NCBI GenBank assembly: GCA_037200465.1
Contig: JBBCFY010000001.1
Span: 18,885 to 82,884, forward strand
Direction of reading: 5' to 3'
Length of the DNA stretch: 64,000 nt
Source of the DNA: Candidatus Saccharimonadota bacterium
Lineage (GTDB): Bacteria > Patescibacteriota > Saccharimonadia > Saccharimonadales > UBA4665
A program made the position numbers and the translations under genes. Within the stretch, counting starts at the first letter, position 1, and every line of letters begins with the position of its first letter. Of the stretch, positions 9,368-18,793 are shown piece after piece. The notes below the pieces were generated by a model. That model was not told the DNA's origin. It ran no database searches and saw only the letters and a program-made list of their open reading frames with translations.

Positions 9368-9434
9368 GTCTGTGGCCGGATCGGTCTCATGAGGGGGTGC
9401 CTCTAGTGATCCGGACGGCGGAAAGGCTAGCTGA

Positions 9435-9647
9435 TCAGGATGATGCAGCGGCGTCGGTCGCGGCGAAGTCCGGGTGGGCTTCAATGGTCTCGATGGGCTG
9501 ATGCTCATCTTCTGGCGGCCAGTCGTTGGAAGCGAGTTGGGTTTCCCAGAATCTGAGTTCTTTCTTGGACTTCTCATCGAACGGGTCTCGCTCGACGGCG
9601 GCCGCGAACTCGGTGATCTTGGCTAGCGCCAGAGCTTCGTTTACCAC
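9435..9647 (-). CDS. small acidic hypothetical protein (70 aa)
   Basis: The ORF has a plausible globular, acidic composition (MVNEALALAKITEFAAAVERDPFDEKSKKELRFWETQL...). No recognisable motif. Confidence 0.4.
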   Translation of the reverse strand: MVNEALALAKITEFAAAVERDPFDEKSKKELRFWETQLASNDWPPEDEHQPIETIEAHPDFAATDAAASS

Positions 9648-9936
9648 GGTCCTCTCCTGTATCTCGGGGGTAGTAATTGCAGGCAGGGCACGAAAATCAT
9701 GCGCCTATCTGCAATCACCACTTGCCTGAGCTGGAGATTAACAACAGATGAACTTTTAAGGTACTTCGAAGGTATCACCTCTCAGGGACGCCTCAACGAA
9801 GCAGAGCACATTGTAGCACAAATGGTACTAAAATGCAAGTATATTGAAGCATATGAAAAGGCCTTCGAGCCCTGTATTTGCGGGGCAAAGCATGAGAAAA
9901 TAAGAGTAACCGTTTTTCCAGCGGGAGGTTTATCAT

Positions 9937-12570
9937 ATGGCACGATCACATGGCTCTCAAGATCCGACCCACGACGACAGCGGCGTGGTGCTTTTGCTGC
10001 AGGTGCCGCGGGCGAATGAAAAGAAAGAGCTGGCGGCCGAACAGATGTTCGCCAGCCTCCACGGCCTGCTCACCATCCCGCAGCCGGGACTCATGAAGGC
10101 CGCTAGGCGCGAACGCCTGAGCTTCGAGATCGCCGTGCGCGAACGCCGCATCGGCTTCTACGTGTGGGTGCCGAACTATCTGAAAAGCTATGTGGAAGAG
10201 CAGATTTATGCCCAGTATCCGACGGTCCACATCAGTGAGGTCGAAGACTACGCCATGTACCGTGAGGAGCAGCAGTACCCCACTCAGCTGGTGACCGAGC
10301 TGAAATTCGTCGGCCACAATGCCCTGCCCATCAAGACGTTCCAGAGTTTCGAGGTCGATCCGTTGGCGGCCATCACGGCCACGCTGGCGAAATTCACCGA
10401 TCAGGAAGAGGCCTGGGTGCAGCTGCTCATAAGGCCGGCACCGAGCAATTGGCACAAGAACAGCGAACGGTACATATCCGGTATAAAAGGCGGCGGGGGT
10501 ACCAGCACCAAAGGACTCATGAGCGCGCTGTGGAAGCCGCCCGAGACCGTGACTGAGACGGTGAAGCTGAGCGATTACGAAACCACCCGGGCCAGCGCTG
10601 CCGTGGAAAAGACCCAGAAACTGGCGTTCGAGACCCAGCTGCGCATCGTGTACCGCGGCAATACCACGCCGCAACAAGCGCAGCTCCAGATGCAGAGCAT
10701 CATCGCCAGCTACAAGCAGTTCAATAGCACCTACCTGAACGGTTTCGAGGCCAAGCGGGTACTGGATGATCCGTTCCTGGTGGCGCACTACCGTTCCCGG
10801 GCATTCAACCGGGCCGGCTTCGTCTGCAACATCGAGGAAGTCGCCACGCTCTATCACCTGCCCCACACCAATGTGGAGACGCCGTTTATCCTGTGGGCTA
10901 CCAGCCAGACCGCCGAGCCCCCGGCCAATCTGCCGGTAGTGACACCCGAGACGGAGCACGAGCTGAGTCCCGTCGCCGCGACGAATTTCCGTGGGCACAA
11001 CACCATGTTCGGCATGCCGCGGAGTGACCGCGGTCGGCACTTGTACATCATCGGACAGACCGGTACCGGTAAATCCGGTATGTTGGAGCTGCTGACGATC
11101 TCCGATATCTATAGTCCGTATGGCTTCGCCGTCATCGATCCGCACGGCGATTATGCCCAGGCAGTGCTCAAGCGGATTCCGGCCGAGCGGGCTGCCGATG
11201 TGGTGTATTTCAACCCGGCCGACACCGATTTCCCGATGGGTTTCAACCCGCTCGAGGTCTACGATCCGAAGCTCAAGACGCACACCTGCTCGGAGCTGAT
11301 CGGTGTCATCAAGCGTATATTCGAGAATAGTTGGGGCCCGCGGCTGGAGTATATCCTGCGTTATTCCATCTTGGCGCTGCTTGATTATCCGGACGCGACG
11401 ATGCTCGACATCACGCGTATCCTGACCGAGAAGAAATTCCGGAACGATGTGCTGAAATACGTCGCGGATCCGGTGGTGCGGAACTTCTGGACTATCGAGT
11501 TCGCCAGCTGGAACGAGCGGTTCATGACCGAAGCCGTGGCGCCGATCCTCAACAAGGTCGGGGCGTTTACGGCCAATCCGCTGGTGCGCAACATCATCGG
11601 CCAGCCCAAGAGCAGCTTCAACATTCGGCAGATCATGGATGAGCGCAAGATCCTGATCGTGAACTTGAGCCGCGGGCTGGTGGGCGAGGACAACGCTGCC
11701 CTGCTCGGTGCGCTGCTGGTCACCAAGATACAGATGGCGGCTATGAGCCGGGCTGACATATCCGGCGAAGACCGGACGCCGTTCTACCTGTATGTGGATG
11801 AGTTCCAGAACTTTGCTACCGACAGTTTCGCGACTATCTTGAGCGAGGCGCGCAAATACGGCCTGAACCTGACGGTCGCCAACCAGTACACGGCGCAGAT
11901 GATGCAAGAGGTCAAGGATGCCGTGTTCGGTAACGTCGGTTCCATCATCTCGTTCCGGACCAGCGCAGACGATGCCCGGGTGATGCTGAAGTACTTCGAG
12001 CCGAAGTTCGAGGAGCACGATATCGTGCATATGCACAACCGCCACTTCGCCATCAGCATGACCATCGAGGGTGAGAAGGTGCCTGCCTTCTCGGCGATCA
12101 GCCTGAACTTGCCGGCCTTCGGTGCCGACTACAGCCCGCAGATCATCGCGCACAGCCGCGCCCAATATTCCCAGAGCCGTGAGTCCATCGAACGCTATGT
12201 GGCGGATCACTACCTGACGAGCGAGAGTGCTGAACTCAAGCAAGGCGAACCGCGGGCCAGTAAGCCCCAGCCTGCGCCGCGACCGCCGGCCGGACCGACT
12301 CCCCGCGCCGTGTCAGCACCGGCGCCTGAGGCTTCCAAGCCCCGCCCGGCGGCCAAAGCACCCCAGTCTCCGGCTGCTGCGCTATCACAGGCGGTCTTGG
12401 GCAAACTTGCTCCCGTTCCGATCTCGCTCGCTACCGGTGAAGATGCCAAGCCGAAACGCAAACGCGTCCGCCACCGCAAGCGCAAGACCGTCGACGGCAA
12501 GCCGCCCACCGGCCCGACGACTGCCCAGGTAGCCCGGGCTATCGAAGAGGGCGTCATCCACTTGAATTAG
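9937..12570 (+). CDS. VirD4/TraD/TraG-like (DUF87/HerA-FtsK superfamily) P-loop ATPase with proline-rich basic tail
   Basis: SD gggagg precedes the start. Walker A IIGQTGTGKSG and Walker B FYLYVDEFQNFAT are present. The C-terminal 130 aa are Pro/Ala/Lys-rich and low-complexity. 877 aa. Confidence 0.8.
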   Translation: MARSHGSQDPTHDDSGVVLLLQVPRANEKKELAAEQMFASLHGLLTIPQPGLMKAARRERLSFEIAVRERRIGFYVWVPNYLKSYVEEQIYAQYPTVHISEVEDYAMYREEQQYPTQLVTELKFVGHNALPIKTFQSFEVDPLAAITATLAKFTDQEEAWVQLLIRPAPSNWHKNSERYISGIKGGGGTSTKGLMSALWKPPETVTETVKLSDYETTRASAAVEKTQKLAFETQLRIVYRGNTTPQQAQLQMQSIIASYKQFNSTYLNGFEAKRVLDDPFLVAHYRSRAFNRAGFVCNIEEVATLYHLPHTNVETPFILWATSQTAEPPANLPVVTPETEHELSPVAATNFRGHNTMFGMPRSDRGRHLYIIGQTGTGKSGMLELLTISDIYSPYGFAVIDPHGDYAQAVLKRIPAERAADVVYFNPADTDFPMGFNPLEVYDPKLKTHTCSELIGVIKRIFENSWGPRLEYILRYSILALLDYPDATMLDITRILTEKKFRNDVLKYVADPVVRNFWTIEFASWNERFMTEAVAPILNKVGAFTANPLVRNIIGQPKSSFNIRQIMDERKILIVNLSRGLVGEDNAALLGALLVTKIQMAAMSRADISGEDRTPFYLYVDEFQNFATDSFATILSEARKYGLNLTVANQYTAQMMQEVKDAVFGNVGSIISFRTSADDARVMLKYFEPKFEEHDIVHMHNRHFAISMTIEGEKVPAFSAISLNLPAFGADYSPQIIAHSRAQYSQSRESIERYVADHYLTSESAELKQGEPRASKPQPAPRPPAGPTPRAVSAPAPEASKPRPAAKAPQSPAAALSQAVLGKLAPVPISLATGEDAKPKRKRVRHRKRKTVDGKPPTGPTTAQVARAIEEGVIHLN

Positions 12571-12637
12571 CGGCTTCTAAACGCGGTCTTTAGCCCTGTT
12601 TTCCAAAGAGTAAGCAGGCTATACTGGATGTAACCAT

Positions 12638-14229
12638 ATGAATCTCAAAATCCCGCGCACGCGCAAACGAATCTCTCTCGGCTCGGCGGCTGTTCTGCTG
12701 GTGAGCAGCTCGCTGCTGGCGCAAGCGCTCGGCTTCCTGCGCACTAAGCTGGTGAACGGCAACTTCTCGGCCGTCGGGCTGCACAGTACCGACAGCTACT
12801 TCGCCGCTTTCAACATCCCCGATTTCTTCTTCTACACCATTTCGGCCGGAGCGCTGGGCGTGGCCTTCATGCCGGTACTGGCCGATCACCTGGCCCGGGC
12901 GACCGTAAAGGCATGTGGAATATTACCAGCAGCCTGCTGAATTTCATGAGCATCATTATGCTTGGCGTGGCGGTCATCATCTTCGCCTTCGCCCAGCCGC
13001 TCATCCACCACATCGTGGCACCGAAACTCGGACCTCAGCAGCTGCATGACGCCGTTGTCATCATGCGCCTACTGGCACTGAATCCGCTACTCTTCACTAT
13101 CTCCGGGATTCTCGTCGCCACCCAGCAGAGCCTCGGACGGTTCTTTTTCTATGCCATCGCGCCGCTATTTTATAACTTGTCTATCATCCTTAGCATTTAC
13201 GTCTTCAAGCACAATATCGGCCTGGTCGGCTTGGGTATCGGTGCGTTCGTTGGGGCAGTGTTGCAGCTGATCGTCGTGATAATCGGTACCTATGGTACCG
13301 GTTTTCGTTGGCGTCCGACCATCCAGTGGAGCCTACCGGATTTCCGCTTGGTACTGCGCCAGTTGCCGCCGCGCAGCCTCGACCAGGGGATTGATCAGCT
13401 GGAGTCCATCGTCGAGACCAACTTCGCAACCCGCCTCGGTCCTGGCAACGTGTCGTACTACAGCAATGCTTATACCCTGGCGCTCGCACCGGTCCTGCTT
13501 ATCGGTACCGCTATCTCGACTGCCATTTTCCCACGGCTTAACAACCGCTTAAGCCATGGCCGGTCTGACCTGTTCCGGCAGGATTTCCTGCGGACGCTAC
13601 GGCTCATTATCTGGATTACGCTACCCGTGGTAGTCATCTGTTTCTTCGGCCGCGGTTATCTGGCCCGACTGATTTTTACCCGCAATAGCAACGTCATCGC
13701 CGATATCTTCGGTTTCCTGACAGTCGCCATCTTTTTCCGTACGCTCTATACCATCATCTCGCGCTGGTTTTACGCCCAGAAAGACACTAAGACTCCATTG
13801 TACGTCTCTATTTTCGCCATCTCGCTGAACATAGTCTTGGCCTACGAACTGGCCCGGCCAGGCAGCTATGGCGTGGAAGGTTTGGCATTGGCCCAATCCA
13901 TCGTAGCGGCCACTGAGGTGCTGATATTGAGCGTCATTATGGTACTGCGCGATCACAAATTGTTCGACGCCTATTTCTGGAGCGGCGTCTTCCGTACTAT
14001 ATCGGTCACCGGATTCAGCCTGGTAGCAGGCTATATAACGGTCGGTTTCGTGCCGCTCGGGGTTGACGACCGCGGTTTCATCACGCTCGGTACCAAACTG
14101 GTGATAATAGCCGCCGTCACCCTGGCGACTCACTTCGTTATCTCCGGCATTTTTGACCTCGAAGAAGCGCGTCCATTTTGGGCCTGGGCCAAACGGCTCA
14201 TCCTCCGCCCCATCAAGGTCGATTACTAG
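12638..14229 (+). CDS. murJ: lipid II flippase MurJ (MviN), interrupted by an apparent 1-nt deletion in a C3G3 run (about 12894-12899)
   Basis: ORF 12638..12940 (SAAVLLVSSSLLAQALGFLRTKLV...FNIPDFFFYTISAGALGVAFMPVLADHLAR) continues in the -1 frame as (G)DRKGMWNITSSLLNF... (ORF 12913..14229). Together they give a typical 14-TM MurJ. Confidence 0.8.
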
Positions 14230-14273
14230 CTACCTCTGTTATTTTGGGCTCACCCCTGTTATAATTGACCTGA

Positions 14274-16148
14274 ATGAAACAGGATCATATCCGCAATTTC
14301 TGCATCATCGCGCACATCGACCACGGTAAGTCTACCCTGGCCGACCGTTTGCTGGAACTGACCGGGACGGTGGAGAAGCGCAACATGAAGGCGCAGCTGC
14401 TGGACCGGATGGATCTGGAGCGGGAAAAGGGTATAACCATCAAGCTGGCCCCGGTGCGTATGGCATACAAAAACTACGAGCTGAACCTTATCGACACGCC
14501 CGGGCATGTCGACTTCAGCTATGAAGTCTCGCGCAGCCTGCAGGCCTGCGAAGGCGCGCTGCTGGTGGTGGACGCGTCGCAAGGAATCCAAGCCCAAACA
14601 TTGGCGAATGTGTATCTGGCGATGGCAGCCAATCTGACGATTATCCCCGTTTTGAATAAGATTGACCTGCCAGCCGCGGATGTGGAACGTGTCGGCGCGG
14701 AAATTGTCAGCCTGCTCGGCTGCAAGTTCGAAGACATCCTGCAGATTTCTGCCAAGACGGGTATGGGCGTAGATATGGTGCTAGAGCGGATTGTCGCGGA
14801 TGTGCCGGCGCCCAAGGAATCGACCATGCCTGAAACGCGTGCACTTATCTTTGACAGTTATTACGATGATTACCGCGGGGTAATTCTTTACATTCGTGTG
14901 GTAGATGGGGAGATATCCAAGAATTCACAGATAAAAATGCTCAATACGAGCGCACAGGGTCTCGCGTTAGAAGTCGGTGCACTGACACCTGAGATGACGC
15001 CGGGTACAATACTAAAAGCTGGAGAGATCGGCTATATAGTCACGAACCTGAAAACGACCCGTGACGCCAAAGTTGGAGATACTGTCACATTGGTGAGAAA
15101 TAAAATCACCGCCAACAATGTTCGCGGTGATTCTACTGGTGACCTAGCCGCCGCTGCCGTCACCGTCAAAACGAGTACTCATGATAGCCCTCCTTCCACT
15201 GATATTGTACCACTGCCTGGCTACAAAGATGTGCAGCCGTTCGTGTACGCCGGTTTTTTCCCGGAAAGCAACGAGTTTTATAACGAGCTGAAAGAGGCGA
15301 TCGAAAAGCTTTCCTTAAGCGACAGTGCGCTGCAGTACGAACCGGAAAACTCGCCGGTGCTCGGCTTTGGCGTGCGCATCGGCTTCCTGGGCTTGTTGCA
15401 TATGGACATCGTGCGCGAGCGGTTGGAAAGGGAATACAACCTGGACCTCGTGGTCACGAACCCGTCGACCGATTATCAGATCAAGCTCCTGAACGGAGAA
15501 GAGTTGGATATCAAATCGGCCGCCGATCTGCCCGACCCGTCGAAAATCGACGTCATCCGGGAGCCATGGATAAAGGGCGAGATCATCGTGCCGAAAACCT
15601 ATGTCGGCCCGGTGATCCAGCTCATCAGCGGTAAGCGCGGATTGCAAAACAATCTCAGTTATGTGGAAGACCGCGCAGTCGTCGGCTTCGAGGCGCCGCT
15701 GGCCAACCTGCTGACCGATTTCTACGACCAGCTCAAAAGCATCACCAGCGGCTACGGCAGCTTCAACTACGAGCTGGACGATTACCGAGCCGAAGACTTG
15801 GTGAAAGTCGACTTTTACGTGGCCGGCGAGCGCGTCGACGCGCTGAGCGTGATGGTGCATCGCAGTGAAGCCGAGCGGCTGGGCCGCGAAATCACCGCGA
15901 AACTAAAGGAAGTCATCCCACGCCAGAACTTCCAGGTGGCGCTGCAGGCGGCCATCGGTGGCCGGTTCATCGCCCGCGAAGACCTCAGCGCTTATCGCAA
16001 AGACGTGACGACCGGCCTGTACGGCGGCGACGTCTCCCGCAAGAAAAAAGTCCTGGCCAAGCAGAAGAAAGGCAAAGAGCGCATGAAAAAGTTTGGAAAG
16101 GTCGATATACCGGCCGAAGCCTTCACGGTGATGTTAAAGCGTGATTAA
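14274..16148 (+). CDS. lepA: elongation factor 4 (LepA)
   Basis: G1 AHIDHGKST, G3 DTPGH, G4 NKID, and the conserved C-terminal LepA domain are present. About 30 extra residues sit in domain II (NKITANNVRGDSTGDLAAAAVTVKTSTHDSPPSTDIV). Confidence 0.97.
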   Translation: MKQDHIRNFCIIAHIDHGKSTLADRLLELTGTVEKRNMKAQLLDRMDLEREKGITIKLAPVRMAYKNYELNLIDTPGHVDFSYEVSRSLQACEGALLVVDASQGIQAQTLANVYLAMAANLTIIPVLNKIDLPAADVERVGAEIVSLLGCKFEDILQISAKTGMGVDMVLERIVADVPAPKESTMPETRALIFDSYYDDYRGVILYIRVVDGEISKNSQIKMLNTSAQGLALEVGALTPEMTPGTILKAGEIGYIVTNLKTTRDAKVGDTVTLVRNKITANNVRGDSTGDLAAAAVTVKTSTHDSPPSTDIVPLPGYKDVQPFVYAGFFPESNEFYNELKEAIEKLSLSDSALQYEPENSPVLGFGVRIGFLGLLHMDIVRERLEREYNLDLVVTNPSTDYQIKLLNGEELDIKSAADLPDPSKIDVIREPWIKGEIIVPKTYVGPVIQLISGKRGLQNNLSYVEDRAVVGFEAPLANLLTDFYDQLKSITSGYGSFNYELDDYRAEDLVKVDFYVAGERVDALSVMVHRSEAERLGREITAKLKEVIPRQNFQVALQAAIGGRFIAREDLSAYRKDVTTGLYGGDVSRKKKVLAKQKKGKERMKKFGKVDIPAEAFTVMLKRD

Positions 16149-16259
16149 CGGCACTGTCTTTTTCATGCGCTCTTTTGGAAGGGTAAGCCGGTCTCGGTGG
16201 ATTTATTCCACCGCACCGCGCGTAGGGAAACCCATGGGGTTTCCCTATTGAAATGACGC

Positions 16260-16325
16260 ATGAAAAAGTTTGGAAAAGTAGACATCCCCGCCGAAGCCTT
16301 CACGGTCATGCTCAAACGGGACTAG
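16260..16325 (+). pseudogene. orphan second copy of the last 21 codons plus stop of lepA
   Basis: It encodes MKKFGKVDIPAEAFTVMLKRD*, identical to lepA residues encoded at 16083..16148. It differs at 12 of 66 nt, all synonymous or stop-for-stop. There is no RBS and no upstream frame. Confidence 0.8.
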
Positions 16326-16328
16326 GGT

Positions 16329-16916
16329 TCAGGCCGTATATTCGATAAGCTCTTGGCACAATAGGCGCACGGTCTGGAAATAGTTATCCGCGGCATCTGG
16401 TGTGTCACGTAAGGCATTAAAAGGAAAGATAAGGCTATTAGGCCGTATGTCTTTATTCACGGCACTGATATGCCGCTTATCCCATAGGACCGGGGGAGTT
16501 GCCTCCAGCTCTGTAAGCTCTGTGTCCGTCGGCAAAAATGCCCAATGCCTGGTATGCAGACTTGTGTGGGTGGAGTCGTGCACACGTACATACTGCCTGG
16601 TCATCATCGCACCCTTACTTTCTTCCGTATCGCCATCACCAGGCAGCACGCGGAATTCATCGGTTATACCGTACTCGTCGGGCTCCGTACGGCGCACAAA
16701 GGCGGGATAAACCCAATTGTGATCGGAGCCTTTGACTATCTCTATCCCGCCTTTGCTAAGGGCAATCGCACTGACGGCTTCTGAGACACCGCGCAACCGG
16801 ACTAGCAACTCTGTCGAACCGGCAAGCGGGGCATCAACCGCGACAAGCGAGTCGACAGCGTGCTTCGCATTCGCGAGAGCCTCGCTCGTTATCTGGTCCG
16901 GGGTAAGCCTACTCAT
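16329..16916 (-). CDS. hypothetical protein (195 aa)
   Basis: Long ORF convergent with lepA. No recognisable motif. Confidence 0.55.
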   Translation of the reverse strand: MSRLTPDQITSEALANAKHAVDSLVAVDAPLAGSTELLVRLRGVSEAVSAIALSKGGIEIVKGSDHNWVYPAFVRRTEPDEYGITDEFRVLPGDGDTEESKGAMMTRQYVRVHDSTHTSLHTRHWAFLPTDTELTELEATPPVLWDKRHISAVNKDIRPNSLIFPFNALRDTPDAADNYFQTVRLLCQELIEYTA

Positions 16917-16983
16917 AATAACTAATTATAACATTTAATATTAATAATACAAACTAAGCGGTGCAGAATTCTCCCGGTGGTAA

Positions 16984-17607
16984 TTAGTAGCTCTGGGCTT
17001 GAGCAAGGTAGTTGGCGAGTGGAGTGAGGTCGTAGGCACACGCGGTCTTTTCGCTGTAGACGTCCATAGTGCGGCCGTCGGCCAGGGTTTTACTGGACAG
17101 CAAGTGGTCGTATTTGGTCTTGGTGCCGAACACTACGTGGAGGCCGCGTGAGCAGACCTGCAGGCCGGGTACGGCCGTGAAGAGCGTGCTGGAATCGCGG
17201 TTCACCAAGCCTTGTCCCTCGGCGTCGCGCAGCTTTGATACACCCACGCTGACGGCATTGGTGACGGTGACATCTGCTTCGGCGTCGACGCTGTCGAATG
17301 AAGGCGTGTAGGTATACAAAAGGTTCGGCATGGTTGCCGGCTGCGGCGGCAGCACTAGGTTGGCATCCGGCAGGTAGACTTTCTTGCTGACCGGTTCGAT
17401 GACCGCTGGCTTATGGAGGGCCTCGACCGATTCAATGATTATGCTGGTGATGGGTTCACCCGACGTGTAGCGGTCGACGCGCCAGAAATGCACGTCCAAG
17501 GCGACCTGCGCGACCAATATAAGTACGGCCAGAACGCCGATGCCGGCGATGGCCACGTTGCGCCATAAGAATCTCTTGGGTCGTTCAGAGGATTTCGCTT
17601 TTGCCAC
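16984..17607 (-). CDS. hypothetical membrane-anchored extracytoplasmic protein (207 aa)
   Basis: Basic N-terminus followed by a single TM (VAIAGIGVLAVLILVAQVAL), then a soluble domain. Confidence 0.55.
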   Translation of the reverse strand: MAKAKSSERPKRFLWRNVAIAGIGVLAVLILVAQVALDVHFWRVDRYTSGEPITSIIIESVEALHKPAVIEPVSKKVYLPDANLVLPPQPATMPNLLYTYTPSFDSVDAEADVTVTNAVSVGVSKLRDAEGQGLVNRDSSTLFTAVPGLQVCSRGLHVVFGTKTKYDHLLSSKTLADGRTMDVYSEKTACAYDLTPLANYLAQAQSY

Positions 17608-17645
17608 GATATCTACAGCCTACCGCAAGCCAAGCGTAAGCACAA

Positions 17646-18107
17646 CTAGACTGACTGCAGTTGCTGCAGATCGGCGATAATCTCGGCGGCGTGCTTAGCA
17701 GGGTCGACGCCGCGGTACTCTTTGGCGATAGTCCCCTCGGGCGTAATGATGAACGTATCCCGGTTGACGCCCAGGAACTCGCGCCCCATCATTTTCTTGG
17801 GCTTCCAGCTGCCGTACGCTTCTATCATAGTGTGATCGGGGTCGCTGAGGAGTGTGAAATTGAGCCCGTGTTTGTCCGCGAATTTGCGGTGGCTTTTCAC
17901 GCTGTCTTTGCTCACACCTACTACCTCGGCGTTGCCGAATTCGGCGATGGCATCGCGCTCGTCGCGGAAATTGCAGGCCTCGGTAGTGCAGCCCGGCGTG
18001 TCATCCTTGGGGTAGAAATACAGCACCAGCCATTTACCGGCGTAATCGCTCAAATGGTGCGTGATGCCGTCTTGGTCGAGCAACGAGAAATCGGGTGCTT
18101 GTTTCAT
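17646..18107 (-). CDS. bcp: thioredoxin-dependent peroxiredoxin Bcp
   Basis: The peroxidatic motif YFYPKDDTPGCTTEAC is present; 153 aa, AhpC/TSA fold. Confidence 0.9.
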   Translation of the reverse strand: MKQAPDFSLLDQDGITHHLSDYAGKWLVLYFYPKDDTPGCTTEACNFRDERDAIAEFGNAEVVGVSKDSVKSHRKFADKHGLNFTLLSDPDHTMIEAYGSWKPKKMMGREFLGVNRDTFIITPEGTIAKEYRGVDPAKHAAEIIADLQQLQSV

Positions 18108-18128
18108 GATATATAAAGTATAGCGATA

Positions 18129-18746
18129 TCAGGCCGCCGTGGCTAGACGTTCCAGCTGTCCGATGATAGCCCCCGTCACTTCGGCCGCCAGCGGCGTGCC
18201 GTCTATCTCTATCACCAAGCCATGTTTACGATAGAAATCTATCACCGGAGTCGTTTTGGCGCGGAACTCATCCAAGCGCTTGTCGAAGAGGTGGGCGGCA
18301 TCATCGGCTCGGACTTCGCGGTCGCCCATGAATGCGGCCTCGGTGTGCCGTTTGCGGGCGACGCCTTCGGGCACGGTCAGCAGGACGACTGCTTTCAGCG
18401 GGTGGCCGGAAATCTTCGTGGCCTGCAACACCCCTTCCTGCTCGCCGTCCCAGCGGCCGACCGAACTCAATATCAGCGGCTTGCCATCGAACTCCGGTTT
18501 ACTGAGGTAGGGCGGTACGATCTGCAGATAATCTTCGATAGGTATCAAGCCGCCCGCTTCCATTATCGCTTTCGCTCGAGCAGGGATTCGGCTGCCGCGC
18601 AGGATCTTGCCGCCGCCTAGCAGTTCGCCCTCGAGCAGGTCTGCCAGAGCCTGGCCCTGAGTGTCTTTGCCGGCGAATGGCATGCCGAAAATGTTTATCG
18701 AGCCCTGACCGAGCCATGCGCGGATGGCCTCAAGCTTTTTTTCCAT
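18129..18746 (-). CDS. adenylate-kinase-family nucleoside monophosphate kinase with divergent P-loop
   Basis: Collinear with Adk: GMPFAGKDTQ (versus GPPGAGKGTQ), a LID-like region R..ADD, and RLDEFRAKTTPVIDFYRKHGLVIEIDG. Confidence 0.65.
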   Translation of the reverse strand: MEKKLEAIRAWLGQGSINIFGMPFAGKDTQGQALADLLEGELLGGGKILRGSRIPARAKAIMEAGGLIPIEDYLQIVPPYLSKPEFDGKPLILSSVGRWDGEQEGVLQATKISGHPLKAVVLLTVPEGVARKRHTEAAFMGDREVRADDAAHLFDKRLDEFRAKTTPVIDFYRKHGLVIEIDGTPLAAEVTGAIIGQLERLATAA

Positions 18747-18793
18747 GGGAGCACTATACCAAACAGAGGTAGTCAGCGCAACTTATCAAAAGA

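Noticed and set aside
9134-9577. 147-aa minus-strand ORF spanning the ftsH-downstream spacer.
   Set aside because: The translation is Arg/Pro/Ser-rich. It overlaps both the better 70-aa ORF (9435..9647) and the SD-preceded 43-aa ORF in another frame, and it has no RBS.
9699-10019. 106-aa plus-strand ORF upstream of and overlapping the 877-aa ATPase gene.
   Set aside because: It runs through an AT-rich promoter/UTR-like region and into the ATPase coding frame. It has no RBS and an implausible composition.
9946-12243. 765-aa ORF on the minus strand, antisense to the VirD4-like ATPase gene.
   Set aside because: It is a shadow ORF typical of GC-rich coding DNA. Its composition is Arg/Gly/His/Val-rich and low-complexity with no motifs, while the plus-strand frame carries clear Walker A/B motifs.
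16149-16259. A full integrated mobile element between the two lepA 3' copies.
   Set aside because: The intervening segment is only 111 nt and has no coding capacity. At best it is a remnant or a miniature element, so it is reported only as a scar.
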